From the NCBI GenBank assembly GCA_028712475.1, contig JAQTQB010000005.1:43408-107407 (forward strand): a stretch of DNA of 64,000 nucleotides. The letters are read 5' to 3'. The position numbers were made by a program, and so were the translations under genes. Of this stretch, positions 26,571 through 35,804 are shown one piece after another. Position 1 is the first letter of the stretch. Every line of letters starts with the position of its first letter. This DNA comes from Verrucomicrobiales bacterium. GTDB lineage: Bacteria; Verrucomicrobiota; Verrucomicrobiia; Limisphaerales; UBA11358. Below the pieces are notes generated by a model that did not search any database, was not told the DNA's origin, and saw only the letters and a list, made by a program, of their open reading frames with translations.

Positions 26571-27014
26571 ATGAAACGACGTGGACTGCAAATGGGCCGA
26601 CGCCACCGCCGCACGCTTTACGCGGCGAGCCTCGCGCTGTTTCTTTCGGGAATTTCCTGGGCATGGATTTATCACCTGGACGAAGCCGGGCGGGCAGGGG
26701 AAGAACTGATGCGGATGAAAACGTCGCTCATCGCAGTCCACGGTTTCAGCGCGATGGTGTTTGTGCTGCTGCTGGGAACCTTGCTCGCCGGTCATGTCCG
26801 CCGCGCATGGCACGCGCACAAGAACCGCAAGAACGGAGTTTTTTTCCTCACGATGGCCTGCCTGCTGACGCTTTCCGGCTACTTGCTTTATTATCTGGGC
26901 GATGAACATGTGCGCGCCGTCGTCAGCAACTTTCATTTGTGGCTTGGTGTGACGGCCCCGATGTTATTGATCTGGCACATCTGGCTGGGCCGCCGCGCCA
27001 CTCGGCGTGATTGA
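26571..27014 (+). CDS. Four-TM histidine-rich membrane protein (possible di-heme cytochrome b-like / DUF4405-like)
   Basis: 147 aa with four predicted helices. Conserved-looking His residues lie in or near the helices (IYHL, AVHGF, AGHV, FHLW, IWHIW). The family assignment is tentative. Confidence 0.55.
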   Translation: MKRRGLQMGRRHRRTLYAASLALFLSGISWAWIYHLDEAGRAGEELMRMKTSLIAVHGFSAMVFVLLLGTLLAGHVRRAWHAHKNRKNGVFFLTMACLLTLSGYLLYYLGDEHVRAVVSNFHLWLGVTAPMLLIWHIWLGRRATRRD

Positions 27015-27051
27015 GCGTTGAACAACGCCTTGAACATGGCAGACTGTCAAC

Positions 27052-28047
27052 GTGCGCGAACTTTCTAAACGCCCTCAAAAAATCGGCGAAACCGCTGAAG
27101 CCGTCGCCGCGCCTGCGTTCACCGAACGTCCGGTGTGGCGCGCGGTTGGCGATGGCTGGCGGCATCTGCACGGCAGCGTGCGCGGCGCGGGCGCGAGCTT
27201 CGAGTGGCACGACTTCAAGGCGAACGTGGAATTTGACTGGGGCAAAAGTTTTCATCCCGGCAGCATCGAAGTCTGCCTGAACCTCGAAGGCGAAGGCCGC
27301 GTCAGTCTCAACAAACAGGAAGCGGTGTTCGCACCGTTGACCGCCGGATTCTACCGGCGCGGCGAACAAACTTTGCCAGCCACGCGATCGGCGAACCAGC
27401 GGCATCAGTTTCTCACCGTCGAGATGTCGTTCGATTTTTTGCGGCGGCATCTGGGCGAATTCGTCACCTCGCTGCACCCGCTCGTGCGCGAAGTCGTGGC
27501 CGGGCAATCCGAAAAATCCGCCGTCGCGCCGTCCACGCGCCTGACCAGCCGCCAGCAGCAATTGCTCGCCAGCCTGCGCGAGGCCCCGGTGCTGGCGCTC
27601 GCGCAATCCGTCTGGTATCAGGCCAAGGCGCTGGAAGTAGCGGCGGAATTTTTCTTCGTCGCGCCGGGCGAACAGGAATTATTCTGCCAGCGGCAGCAGC
27701 GCATTGCCGCCGAGCGCGTGGAAAAGGTCGTCGCCGTCCTGCGCGAAAAATTATCATCGCCGCCCGCGCTGGAGGAACTCGGACGCGCCGCCGGTTGCAG
27801 CCCGTTTCATTTGAGCCGGACATTTTCCACGGCCACGGGCATGACGATCCCGCAATACACGCGGCAGTTGCGGATGGAGCGCGCGGCGGAACTGTTGAAG
27901 TCGGGCAGGTTCAACGTCACCGAGGCTGCGCTGGAGGTGGGCTATTCGAGCTTGAGCCATTTCAGCCAGGCATTTCACGAGACCTTCGGCTGCTGTCCCG
28001 GCCTTTATCCGCTCAAAACGCCGACGCAGCAAACCGCGCTCAAATAA
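27052..28047 (+). CDS. AraC-family transcriptional regulator
   Basis: 331 aa. The C-terminal HTH pair is LEELGRAAGCSPFHLSRTFSTATGMTIPQY ... VTEAALEVGYSSLSHFSQAFHETFGCCP. Confidence 0.86.
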   Translation: MRELSKRPQKIGETAEAVAAPAFTERPVWRAVGDGWRHLHGSVRGAGASFEWHDFKANVEFDWGKSFHPGSIEVCLNLEGEGRVSLNKQEAVFAPLTAGFYRRGEQTLPATRSANQRHQFLTVEMSFDFLRRHLGEFVTSLHPLVREVVAGQSEKSAVAPSTRLTSRQQQLLASLREAPVLALAQSVWYQAKALEVAAEFFFVAPGEQELFCQRQQRIAAERVEKVVAVLREKLSSPPALEELGRAAGCSPFHLSRTFSTATGMTIPQYTRQLRMERAAELLKSGRFNVTEAALEVGYSSLSHFSQAFHETFGCCPGLYPLKTPTQQTALK

Positions 28048-28322
28048 ACAACCAGCCGGAGTGATGACGGTCCGGCGGCGGAGTCGCTGGGATGGCGTGA
28101 TGGTTCTGATTGGCCCGCGGTGATTTTTGCGGCTCGACAGGTTGGGAGCCGCGCAGTATGTATGGCTTCATGGTGTTCGCTTTTCGTTTCAGTGTTTTCT
28201 GGGGCGTGAGTCCCACAACTTGTGGCTCGGCACCGCTCACGCGGCGCAACCCACGTTTATCCCGGAGAGCAGACACCGTTTTCACTTTCATCGCCAGCCA
28301 TACTGTCTAGGCGGCAGAGCGT

Positions 28323-28760
28323 ATGGCAACTATATCAAAGTCATCCAAAGTAGCGTGGTCGGTTGCTTTGTGTGTTTGCGCTGCCCTTGTGATTGGGAGC
28401 GTGGCCCGGACTTACTTGATTATTCGCACCGACCGAATTCGCACGCATGTGACGCTGCATTTTAGCAACGGAGAGCACGACATTATTTTTGGTGCACCGG
28501 CAGGCAGATATCTTATCCATTTTGCTAGTGACCCCAAGGCTGCGACATCGGGAGTGTTTCCTGCTACGAATGTTATGGGCTGTCACATTATGACCAGCAT
28601 TGACAGTTCGATCGGTCAGTCCATTCTCAAGCCGACAAGCGCAGAGCACATGTCATTTGTGATTTCCGGCAGCGACGCGTTTCAAGCGCAGAAGCTATCT
28701 GTTTCAGTTTCTGGAGTGGGGCCGGCAGGAGTTTACATGGATGTGAGACCCACGTTTTGA
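28323..28760 (+). CDS. Orphan membrane-anchored hypothetical protein
   Basis: 145 aa with an N-terminal TM segment (VAWSVALCVCAALVIGSV). It lies in a ~1-kb stretch of lower G+C and poor coding signal, and I recognise no homology. Confidence 0.3.
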   Translation: MATISKSSKVAWSVALCVCAALVIGSVARTYLIIRTDRIRTHVTLHFSNGEHDIIFGAPAGRYLIHFASDPKAATSGVFPATNVMGCHIMTSIDSSIGQSILKPTSAEHMSFVISGSDAFQAQKLSVSVSGVGPAGVYMDVRPTF

Positions 28761-29104
28761 TGATGCCGCCTCCTATGAGGGTTCATCGGTCAAGCGCTAA
28801 GTGAAGGGCTTCATTTTTTAAAAAGTGTTTTGGTTTTATTCCGGTCAGCGTCTCCGTCCGCAAGGCGTTGAAGTTGCCTTCAAGCTCATCCTCCTATCCG
28901 TGCGTCAACCCAGCGGTTGAGCACATTAAAACGTATGCGATCGTTTTTGGCGGACGGAGCGGGGCGGCTCATTCTAACTCACGGGTGAACGCTCATTCAC
29001 CCAAGGCCGTGTGCGAGCGCATCGCCATGCGTCGCGGACGGCACAGCGCGCCTCCCCGTCAAATCTAAAATGAGATTCTTGCAAAATCCGTCCGGCCTGA
29101 AATA

Positions 29105-30004
29105 ATGCGCCGGCACCAATCCACAACATCTCACATTATGAAATTCAACCTTGCCCATCTGCTTGCCTTCACCTGCGGCTTCACGCTGGCGGGCAGCCTC
29201 GCCTTTGCCGCGCCGATTCCCGATTACTGCCAGACCGGCGGCTTTGCGCTCGGCTGCCAGGCGTGGACGTTCAAGGAATTCACCGTGATGGAGGCCATCC
29301 AGAAAACGGCGGAGGCGGGCGGCAAGGTCATTGAATTTTTTCCCGGCCAGAAATTCAGCCCGGAACAGCCCGGCTTGAAATTCGACCACAACGCCACTGA
29401 CGAAATGATCGCGGCGGTCAAGACGCAGTTGGAAAAATCCGGCATCCGGGCGGTGAATTATGGCGTCGTTGAAATCCCGAAAGATGAAGCGGCCGCGCGG
29501 AAAATTTTTGAATTTGCCAAAACATTCGGCCTCTATGGCATCACCACGGAGTCCGTGGACGCGATTGACACGATTGAGAAGCTGGTGAAGGAATACGACA
29601 TCCGCGTGGGCTTTCACGACCATCCGCGCCGCCCGCTCGATCCACTCTACAAAATGTGGGATCCCGCCTACATCTTGAGCGTCGTCAAAGACCGCGACCC
29701 GCGCATTGGTTCCTGCGCCGATGTTGGACATTGGGTGCGTTCGGGTTTGGATCCCGTGGCCTGCCTGAAAATTTTGGAGGGGCGCATCATCAGCTCGCAC
29801 ATGAAGGATTTGAACAAAAAATCGCCATCCGCCCATGATGTTCCCTTCGGCACCGGGGTCTCAAACATCGCCGGAGTCCTGGACGAATTGAAACGCCAGC
29901 ATTTCGCCGGCAACGTCTCGATTGAATACGAATACGACTGGAAGAGCTCATTGCCGGAGGTGGCCCAATGCATCGGCTTCGTGCGTGGTTATGGCAGCCG
30001 GTAG
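29105..30004 (+). CDS. Secreted sugar phosphate isomerase/epimerase (xylose isomerase-like TIM barrel). The likely start is the ATG at 29138.
   Basis: Signal peptide MKFNLAHLLAFTCGFTLAGSLAFA. The motifs GFHDHP, GSCADVGHW, SSHMKD and VSIEYE are typical of AP endonuclease 2/xylose isomerase-like TIM proteins. Confidence 0.84.
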   Translation: MRRHQSTTSHIMKFNLAHLLAFTCGFTLAGSLAFAAPIPDYCQTGGFALGCQAWTFKEFTVMEAIQKTAEAGGKVIEFFPGQKFSPEQPGLKFDHNATDEMIAAVKTQLEKSGIRAVNYGVVEIPKDEAAARKIFEFAKTFGLYGITTESVDAIDTIEKLVKEYDIRVGFHDHPRRPLDPLYKMWDPAYILSVVKDRDPRIGSCADVGHWVRSGLDPVACLKILEGRIISSHMKDLNKKSPSAHDVPFGTGVSNIAGVLDELKRQHFAGNVSIEYEYDWKSSLPEVAQCIGFVRGYGSR

Positions 30005-30117
30005 CCGGTTCAATCGGAGCGCCGATGCGGAGACCCTGCATGAAAAAATTCTTCCCTGTCCAGCTGGTGCGTGCCAAAACTATTCAATCAACTGTTTTGC
30101 TATGACGCGCCACAACA

Positions 30118-31506
30118 TTGGATATGAACAACAAGCTGGCTGCTCGAAATAAGTTCGCGCGCCGCCGCTTTCTGCAACTGACCGCGCTGGCGGCCGGATC
30201 GGCAGCGCTGGGTTTCCCGAACCTGCTCCCGGCGCGGGGCGCAAATGAAAAGTTGAACGTCGGCTTCATCGGCCTGGGCGGCCAGGGCCGCAGCCGGTTG
30301 AAGGAGATTCTGGGTTGCGACGTGAACGTCACCGCCTTGTGCGACGTGGACGAAAAGCAAACCGGCGAGTGCAGAAAAATTTTGGAGACGACGCCTTACA
30401 CGCCCAAAACCTGCCTGGACTATCGCGAACTGCTTCAAACAGATCTGGACGCGGTCGTCATCGCCACGCCGGATCACTGGCACGCGCCCATCGCCACGGC
30501 GGCGTTGAAATCCGGACGGCATGTGTTCTGCGAGAAACCGCTGGCGCATTGGATTTATGAAGCGCGCGAACTTCGTCTGCTCGCGCAGCAAAATCCCCGG
30601 CTTGTCACCCAGATGGGCAATCAAGGCAGCGCCTCGCCAAACATGCGCCGTGCGATCGAGTTGATTGCCGGAGGTGTCATTGGCAAGGTTCGTGAAGTTC
30701 ATGTCTGGGTGCCCCGGAGCAAATCGTTCAAGCCGGGCCAGCCCGTCCCCGTGGGTGAAGATGCCGTTCCCGCCGGATTGCATTGGGATGCCTGGCTTGG
30801 CCCGGCGCCATTTCACCCTTACAAAAAGGGGATTTATCATCCCGAAGCCTGGCGTGCCTGGTATGATTTTGGCGGCGGCTCAATCGCCGACTGGGGTTGC
30901 CACGGCTTGAACCTGCCGTTCCGCGCGTTGAAACTGGACTATCCGACACGCATTGAAACTGACGTTCCCGGCAAGCCGGTCGCCAGCTACCCGGAGCATG
31001 TCCGCATCCGTTTTGATTTTGCCGCGCGCAACGCCCTGCCGCCGCTGACCATCTGGTGGTATGATGGCGGACGGTTGCCGCCCGCTGACGTCGTGCCAAA
31101 GTCAATCGTCAGCTACTACGGAGAGATGCCGGCCGGCGGCGTTTTGATTCTCGGCGACAAAGGTTTCACCTTTGGCGCCCCGCATCCAGGGGCGGATTAT
31201 ATCCAGCTTGCCGACGAGAAGAAATTATCCGGCATCTTGCGCTACCAGCCCGGCGGCAACATCCCGGAATCACTGCCGCACAGCCCCGGCCACCTTAATG
31301 AATGGACGCTCGCCTGTGCCGGCGGCCCGCCGACGTTCTCCAGTTTTGAAGTGGGCGGGCACCTCACGGAAATAGCCCTGTCCGGCGTTGTCGCGCTGCG
31401 CAGTGGCAAGACACTGGAATGGGATGGCGAAAAAATGACCGCAACCAACACGCCCGAAGCCGGGAAATACATCAGGCCGGATTACCGCACCGGCTGGAAG
31501 ATATAA
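30118..31506 (+). CDS. Gfo/Idh/MocA-family oxidoreductase with a TAT signal
   Basis: Twin-arginine leader ARRRFLQLTALAAGSAALG. The Rossmann segment is LNVGFIGLGGQG, with DAVVIATPDHWHAP and EKPL. Confidence 0.88.
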   Translation: MDMNNKLAARNKFARRRFLQLTALAAGSAALGFPNLLPARGANEKLNVGFIGLGGQGRSRLKEILGCDVNVTALCDVDEKQTGECRKILETTPYTPKTCLDYRELLQTDLDAVVIATPDHWHAPIATAALKSGRHVFCEKPLAHWIYEARELRLLAQQNPRLVTQMGNQGSASPNMRRAIELIAGGVIGKVREVHVWVPRSKSFKPGQPVPVGEDAVPAGLHWDAWLGPAPFHPYKKGIYHPEAWRAWYDFGGGSIADWGCHGLNLPFRALKLDYPTRIETDVPGKPVASYPEHVRIRFDFAARNALPPLTIWWYDGGRLPPADVVPKSIVSYYGEMPAGGVLILGDKGFTFGAPHPGADYIQLADEKKLSGILRYQPGGNIPESLPHSPGHLNEWTLACAGGPPTFSSFEVGGHLTEIALSGVVALRSGKTLEWDGEKMTATNTPEAGKYIRPDYRTGWKI

Positions 31507-31611
31507 AAAATGATTGGCGCGCAATCCGTTTTGGGTATCGTGAGCCGGTATAAAAACGGCAGGCATCGCGAGCAGAACCCTGTTTGCCATGGCGAATAAA
31601 AACTTAACAAC

Positions 31612-32160
31612 ATGAACGACTCGACTGATAAAAAACCAAACGGTTCCGGCGAAAGCCCGTGCTGCAATTGTGACTACACGCTGGCCTTTCTGTTGTTGCG
31701 CGGCTGGCTGGCGGTGCGCGCCATCCTGGCGGGCATTGAAAAATTCGGAGCCTACAAAACCATCCAGCAACCGTTTATTGACCCCGCAACCGGCCAGCCA
31801 GACCCCAATGCGGTGGTGGACATAAAAGTGAAGTTTTATTCGCTGGCAAATTACAACGGCATCCCGGCGTCCTTGCAGGGCAAGTTTGCCAACGAACCGT
31901 TGCTGCCCCATTTCGCCACGGCGGCCTTCAACTTTCTGCTTGGTCCGGCGCTCATCATCACCGGCGTGATGTTGTTGATCGGCCTCGGCACGCGGATATC
32001 ACTGTTCGTGCAAGGTTTGATTTATATTGCGTTGACCGTGGGCTTGATTTTAATCGGACAAAACGACGGGCCTCCTTACTTGGGCATCCACCTCGCCCTT
32101 GTCGCGTTCGCGCTGATGCTCGCCAAACACAACAAGCTCGCGCTTCTCAAAAAATGGTAA
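31612..32160 (+). CDS. DoxX-like polytopic membrane protein
   Basis: 182 aa with 3-4 hydrophobic helices (LAFLLLRGWLAVRAILAGIEKF...). It lies between two periplasmic oxidoreductase genes and overlaps the next gene by 7 nt. Confidence 0.55.
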   Translation: MNDSTDKKPNGSGESPCCNCDYTLAFLLLRGWLAVRAILAGIEKFGAYKTIQQPFIDPATGQPDPNAVVDIKVKFYSLANYNGIPASLQGKFANEPLLPHFATAAFNFLLGPALIITGVMLLIGLGTRISLFVQGLIYIALTVGLILIGQNDGPPYLGIHLALVAFALMLAKHNKLALLKKW

Positions 32161-33497
32161 ACCAGCCTTTCACCCGCCGGGAATTCATCAGCACCACCGC
32201 CGCCGCCGGGGCTGGTTTGTTGCTGGCTTCTTGCAGCCCCGACAGCAGCCAGAAAGCAGCCGGTCCCAAAAATCCGGCGCTCAATAAAATCAACATCGCG
32301 CTCGTCGGCTGTGGCGCACAAGGGCAGGTGCTGCTTGATTCGCTGCTCGTGATCGAAGGCATCCGCCTGGCGGCCATCGTGGACATCTGGGACTACAACC
32401 GCACCAGCAACGTCCGCCGGCTCAAAAGCCAGGGCGTGGAGGTCAACGGTTATGAGAACTTCGAAGACCTGCTTGCGCACGAAAAAGATTTGCAGGCGGT
32501 CATTGTCGCCACGCCGGATTTCTGGCACGCCCCCATAACGAATGCCTGCCTTAAAGCGGGATTGGATGTGTATTGCGAGAAAATGATGAGCAACACCATA
32601 GAAGGCGCCCGTTCCATGGTGCAGACGATGCGGGAAACCGGCAGACTGTTGCAGATCGGCCATCAGCGCCGCAGCAACCCGCGTTATATGTTTGCGCTCA
32701 ACCGGCTGGTGCGGGACGCGAAGCTGTGCGGACGGCTCACTGCGGCCAACGGGCAGTGGAACCGCGCGGTCTCCGAAGATCTGGGCTGGCCGAAAAAATT
32801 CACCATGTCCCCCGAAGAACTCGCCAAATATGGTTACAAGGACATGCACCAGTTTCGAAACTGGCGCTGGTTCAAAGGCCTTGGCGGCGGTCCCTTGTCC
32901 GATCTTGGCGCGCATCAGATTGATATTTTCAACTGGTGGTTTGGCGTCATGCCCTCGTCGGTCATGGCCAGCGGCGGCGTGGATTACTACAAAAACCACG
33001 AGTGGTATGACAACGCGATGGTGATTTACGAATATCCGTTGCCGACCGGAATGGCGCGCGCGTTCTATGAGGTGCTGACGACGACGAGCGCGGGCGGCGG
33101 TTATTTTGAAATGTTCATGGGCGACGAAGGCACGATCAAAATGTCGGAGAATCCCCTTATCACCAAGCTTTACCGGGAAGAACGGGCGCCAGCCTGGGAC
33201 GATCTGGTGGCAAAAAATTATCTGCGCGCCAGCGCCGTCGCCGCCCCGACAGGTGACGCCGACAAAGTGGATGTTCGTGAAACGGCCCCACTCCTGCAAT
33301 ATGAAATCCCGGTCACGTTCAACAAAAAAATCCACCAGCCGCATCTGGAGAATTTTTTCAACGCCATCCGCGGCAAGGCCAGATTGAACTGCCCGGCGGA
33401 CGAGGCGTTCTCCAGCGAATACGTCATCCACAAGGCGAACGAAGCCATCGCCGTGCGAAAAACGATTGCCATCACCCCCGAAGAGATCGAAGCTTGA
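32154..33497 (+). CDS. Gfo/Idh/MocA-family oxidoreductase with a TAT signal
   Basis: Leader TRREFISTTAAAGAGLLLASC. It has INIALVGCGAQG, AVIVATPDFWHAP and EKMM. Confidence 0.88.
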   Translation: MVNQPFTRREFISTTAAAGAGLLLASCSPDSSQKAAGPKNPALNKINIALVGCGAQGQVLLDSLLVIEGIRLAAIVDIWDYNRTSNVRRLKSQGVEVNGYENFEDLLAHEKDLQAVIVATPDFWHAPITNACLKAGLDVYCEKMMSNTIEGARSMVQTMRETGRLLQIGHQRRSNPRYMFALNRLVRDAKLCGRLTAANGQWNRAVSEDLGWPKKFTMSPEELAKYGYKDMHQFRNWRWFKGLGGGPLSDLGAHQIDIFNWWFGVMPSSVMASGGVDYYKNHEWYDNAMVIYEYPLPTGMARAFYEVLTTTSAGGGYFEMFMGDEGTIKMSENPLITKLYREERAPAWDDLVAKNYLRASAVAAPTGDADKVDVRETAPLLQYEIPVTFNKKIHQPHLENFFNAIRGKARLNCPADEAFSSEYVIHKANEAIAVRKTIAITPEEIEA

Positions 33498-33508
33498 AGC
33501 CATAACGT

Positions 33509-34174
33509 ATGAAAAAAATGTTTTTGAAATTGTCCGTGGCTGCCGCCTTGCTCGCCGTCACCACCGTGTTCGCCGATGATCAGGTGGTTCTGAAAACTGA
33601 TCTGCCCAAGCCGCTGTTCGTCGGCACGCCGGTTCCCATCAAGCTGCCAAATCTCGAGCCTGCCCGCACCGGCAAGCGCCCTGATTTCATGGTTCCCGCC
33701 GGCACGGTGAATCTCGCCAAGGGCAAAAAAGTTTCCGCCAGCGACAACGATCCCGTCATCGGCACGCTCGATTTGATCACCGATGGCGACAAGGAAGGCG
33801 ATGAAGGTTCGTGGGTGGAACTCGGGCCCGGCAGGCAATGGGTGCAGATTGATCTTGAAAAAGACGCGAACATTTCCGCCGTCCTGATCTGGCATTTCCA
33901 TTCGCAGGCGCGGGTTTACTTTGACGTGGTCGTGCAGGTTTCCGACGACCCGAAGTTTGAAAAGGACGTGAAGACAATCTTTAACGCCGATGCCGCCAAC
34001 GAACTTGGTCTCGGCGCGGGCAAGGACTTTGCCTACATCGAAACCTACGAAGGCAAGTTGATTGACGCAAAAGGTGTCAAAGGCCGTTACATCCGGTTTT
34101 ACAGCAAGGGCAACACGACCAACAAACTGAATCACTACATCGAGGTCGAAGTGTTTGGCAAGCCCGCCGCCTGA
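33509..34174 (+). CDS. Secreted discoidin (F5/8 type C)/galactose-binding-like domain protein
   Basis: Signal peptide MKKMFLKLSVAAALLAVTTVFA. WVELGPGRQWVQIDLEKDANISAVLIWHFH ... RYIRFYSKGN matches the F5/8-C pattern. Confidence 0.75.
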   Translation: MKKMFLKLSVAAALLAVTTVFADDQVVLKTDLPKPLFVGTPVPIKLPNLEPARTGKRPDFMVPAGTVNLAKGKKVSASDNDPVIGTLDLITDGDKEGDEGSWVELGPGRQWVQIDLEKDANISAVLIWHFHSQARVYFDVVVQVSDDPKFEKDVKTIFNADAANELGLGAGKDFAYIETYEGKLIDAKGVKGRYIRFYSKGNTTNKLNHYIEVEVFGKPAA

Positions 34175-34385
34175 ACGAAGCGCAGCGTTCACGCCGCTTC
34201 ATCGTTCGTGGCGAAAAGTTTTCTGGTTGAAACCGGGCTTGAAGTTTTTGAGGGTTCAAGCGGGCTGAAGCCCGCGCTCCGGCTGCAACGAGATCAAGCT
34301 TACGACGCCATCACTTAAAATCCGTTGGGCGATCTTTATCGCCCTTGCGCTGCTCGCGCTTGCCGTCCGCCTCCCGCAACCCGGC

Positions 34386-35804
34386 GTGCGGCCGATGCAC
34401 ACGGACGAATCCATCAACGCCTACATCGTCGGCCAGTTGCTTGCCGGAGAAAGCTTTCACTACGACCCGCAGGATCGTCACGGCCCGGCGCTCGCCGCCG
34501 AAACCCTGCCGTTGGTCAAATTGCTTGGCGTAAAAAAGTTCGCCGACCTGACCGAACCTCAACTGCGCATGGTTCCCGCCCTCACAGGAGCCGTCACCGT
34601 TTTACTATTTGGCGCGGGCGTGGAGATATTTGGATTCACAGCGTGCATCATCGCTGCGCTGCTGTTCGCCTTCGCGCCGCTGCCGGTTTATTACAGCCGC
34701 TATTTCATTCATGAAACCTTGTTTGTCGCCGCCACCCTGGGGCTGATTCTTTCCGGCGGGCGGGCGCTTAAAAAAAAATCCCTTCTGCCCGCCGCGCTTG
34801 CCGGAGGCTGCGCCGCTGTGATGCTCGCGTGCAAGGAAACGGCGGTCATCCACTTCTTCGCACTGGCCGTTGTTCTGATTGCCCGCTGTTTGGGAACGCC
34901 GGCCTCCGGCACGGCCCGGACGAAAGAATTTTTGAAACACGTCGTGCCGGAGACCGGCGTTCCGTCCGCAAAGATAATTTTCACCGCCGCCGCAGTTTTT
35001 ATCTTCACCGTGATTTTGCTGTTCACCTGGTTCGGCCAGAACTGGCCGGTGTTTTTAAATTTGCTGGACGCGATTCCACGCTTCGCCGACCGCGCCGGTG
35101 GCCAAGGCCACGAAAAGCCGTTCTGGTATTACTCAACCCTCCTCGGTGGCGGCTGGTCGGGCGCGGTGATTCTTGGTCTGGCGGCGCTGGGCATTTTTCG
35201 CGCGTTCAAATCGGGCCGCAGGCTTTGGGTCGTCATTTACGCGTTGCTCATCGCCGTGATTTACAGCGCGATTCCCTACAAAACTCCGTGGCTCGCTCTG
35301 AACCTCTGGCTGCCGCTGGCAATTCTCGCAGGCATGGCGCTCGAATGGATTTGGTTCGCCACGTCAAAACTTCCCATCCGTGTTTTGGTTCTGGTTTTCA
35401 TCGGTGCGTTAGGAATTTTAATCGCCCATGACACGCGGCAACGGGTGTTTGTGAATCCTGCGGGCGAAAAAAATCCCTATGCCTACGCCCATACTTCCGA
35501 AGATTTGCTGCGCCTGCCGGCGCGTCTGGAGGAACTGGCGCGGGAAAACAAAATTCAAAATCCGCTCATCGCCGTGGTCGCCGCCGATGCGTGGCCGTTG
35601 CCCTGGTATTTGCGGAAATTTCAACAGACCGGCTTCTGGCAGCCGGGGCAGGAGACCGGCCCGGCGGATTTTTTCATCACCACGACGGATGTGCACGGCA
35701 CGCTGGCAGAGCGATTGAAAGATTTCCGCCCGGAATTTTTCGGCGTCCGCCCGGAAGTCCTGATGATTCTCTGGACGCCGCTGCCGGCTGGAAACAAACC
35801 ATGA
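34386..35804 (+). CDS. GT-C-fold-like polytopic membrane protein (TIGR03663/Agl23-like family). The annotated GTG start probably truncates the first TM helix.
   Basis: 472 aa with RPMHTDESINAYIVG near the N-terminus and many TM helices. The same frame is open upstream from 34269 and encodes a TM-like segment, KIRWAIFIALALLALAVRL, but no ATG, GTG or TTG occurs there. Confidence 0.72.
   Translation: MRPMHTDESINAYIVGQLLAGESFHYDPQDRHGPALAAETLPLVKLLGVKKFADLTEPQLRMVPALTGAVTVLLFGAGVEIFGFTACIIAALLFAFAPLPVYYSRYFIHETLFVAATLGLILSGGRALKKKSLLPAALAGGCAAVMLACKETAVIHFFALAVVLIARCLGTPASGTARTKEFLKHVVPETGVPSAKIIFTAAAVFIFTVILLFTWFGQNWPVFLNLLDAIPRFADRAGGQGHEKPFWYYSTLLGGGWSGAVILGLAALGIFRAFKSGRRLWVVIYALLIAVIYSAIPYKTPWLALNLWLPLAILAGMALEWIWFATSKLPIRVLVLVFIGALGILIAHDTRQRVFVNPAGEKNPYAYAHTSEDLLRLPARLEELARENKIQNPLIAVVAADAWPLPWYLRKFQQTGFWQPGQETGPADFFITTTDVHGTLAERLKDFRPEFFGVRPEVLMILWTPLPAGNKP

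Noticed and set aside
32076-33503. 475-aa minus-strand ORF covering the second Gfo/Idh/MocA gene. Similar long antisense ORFs occur at 33218..34192, 54452..55735, 58247..59125, 24093..24974, 28997..29836, 31270..31911 and 25545..26216.
   Set aside because: All of them are antisense to ORFs with clear family motifs, and none shows a motif of its own.
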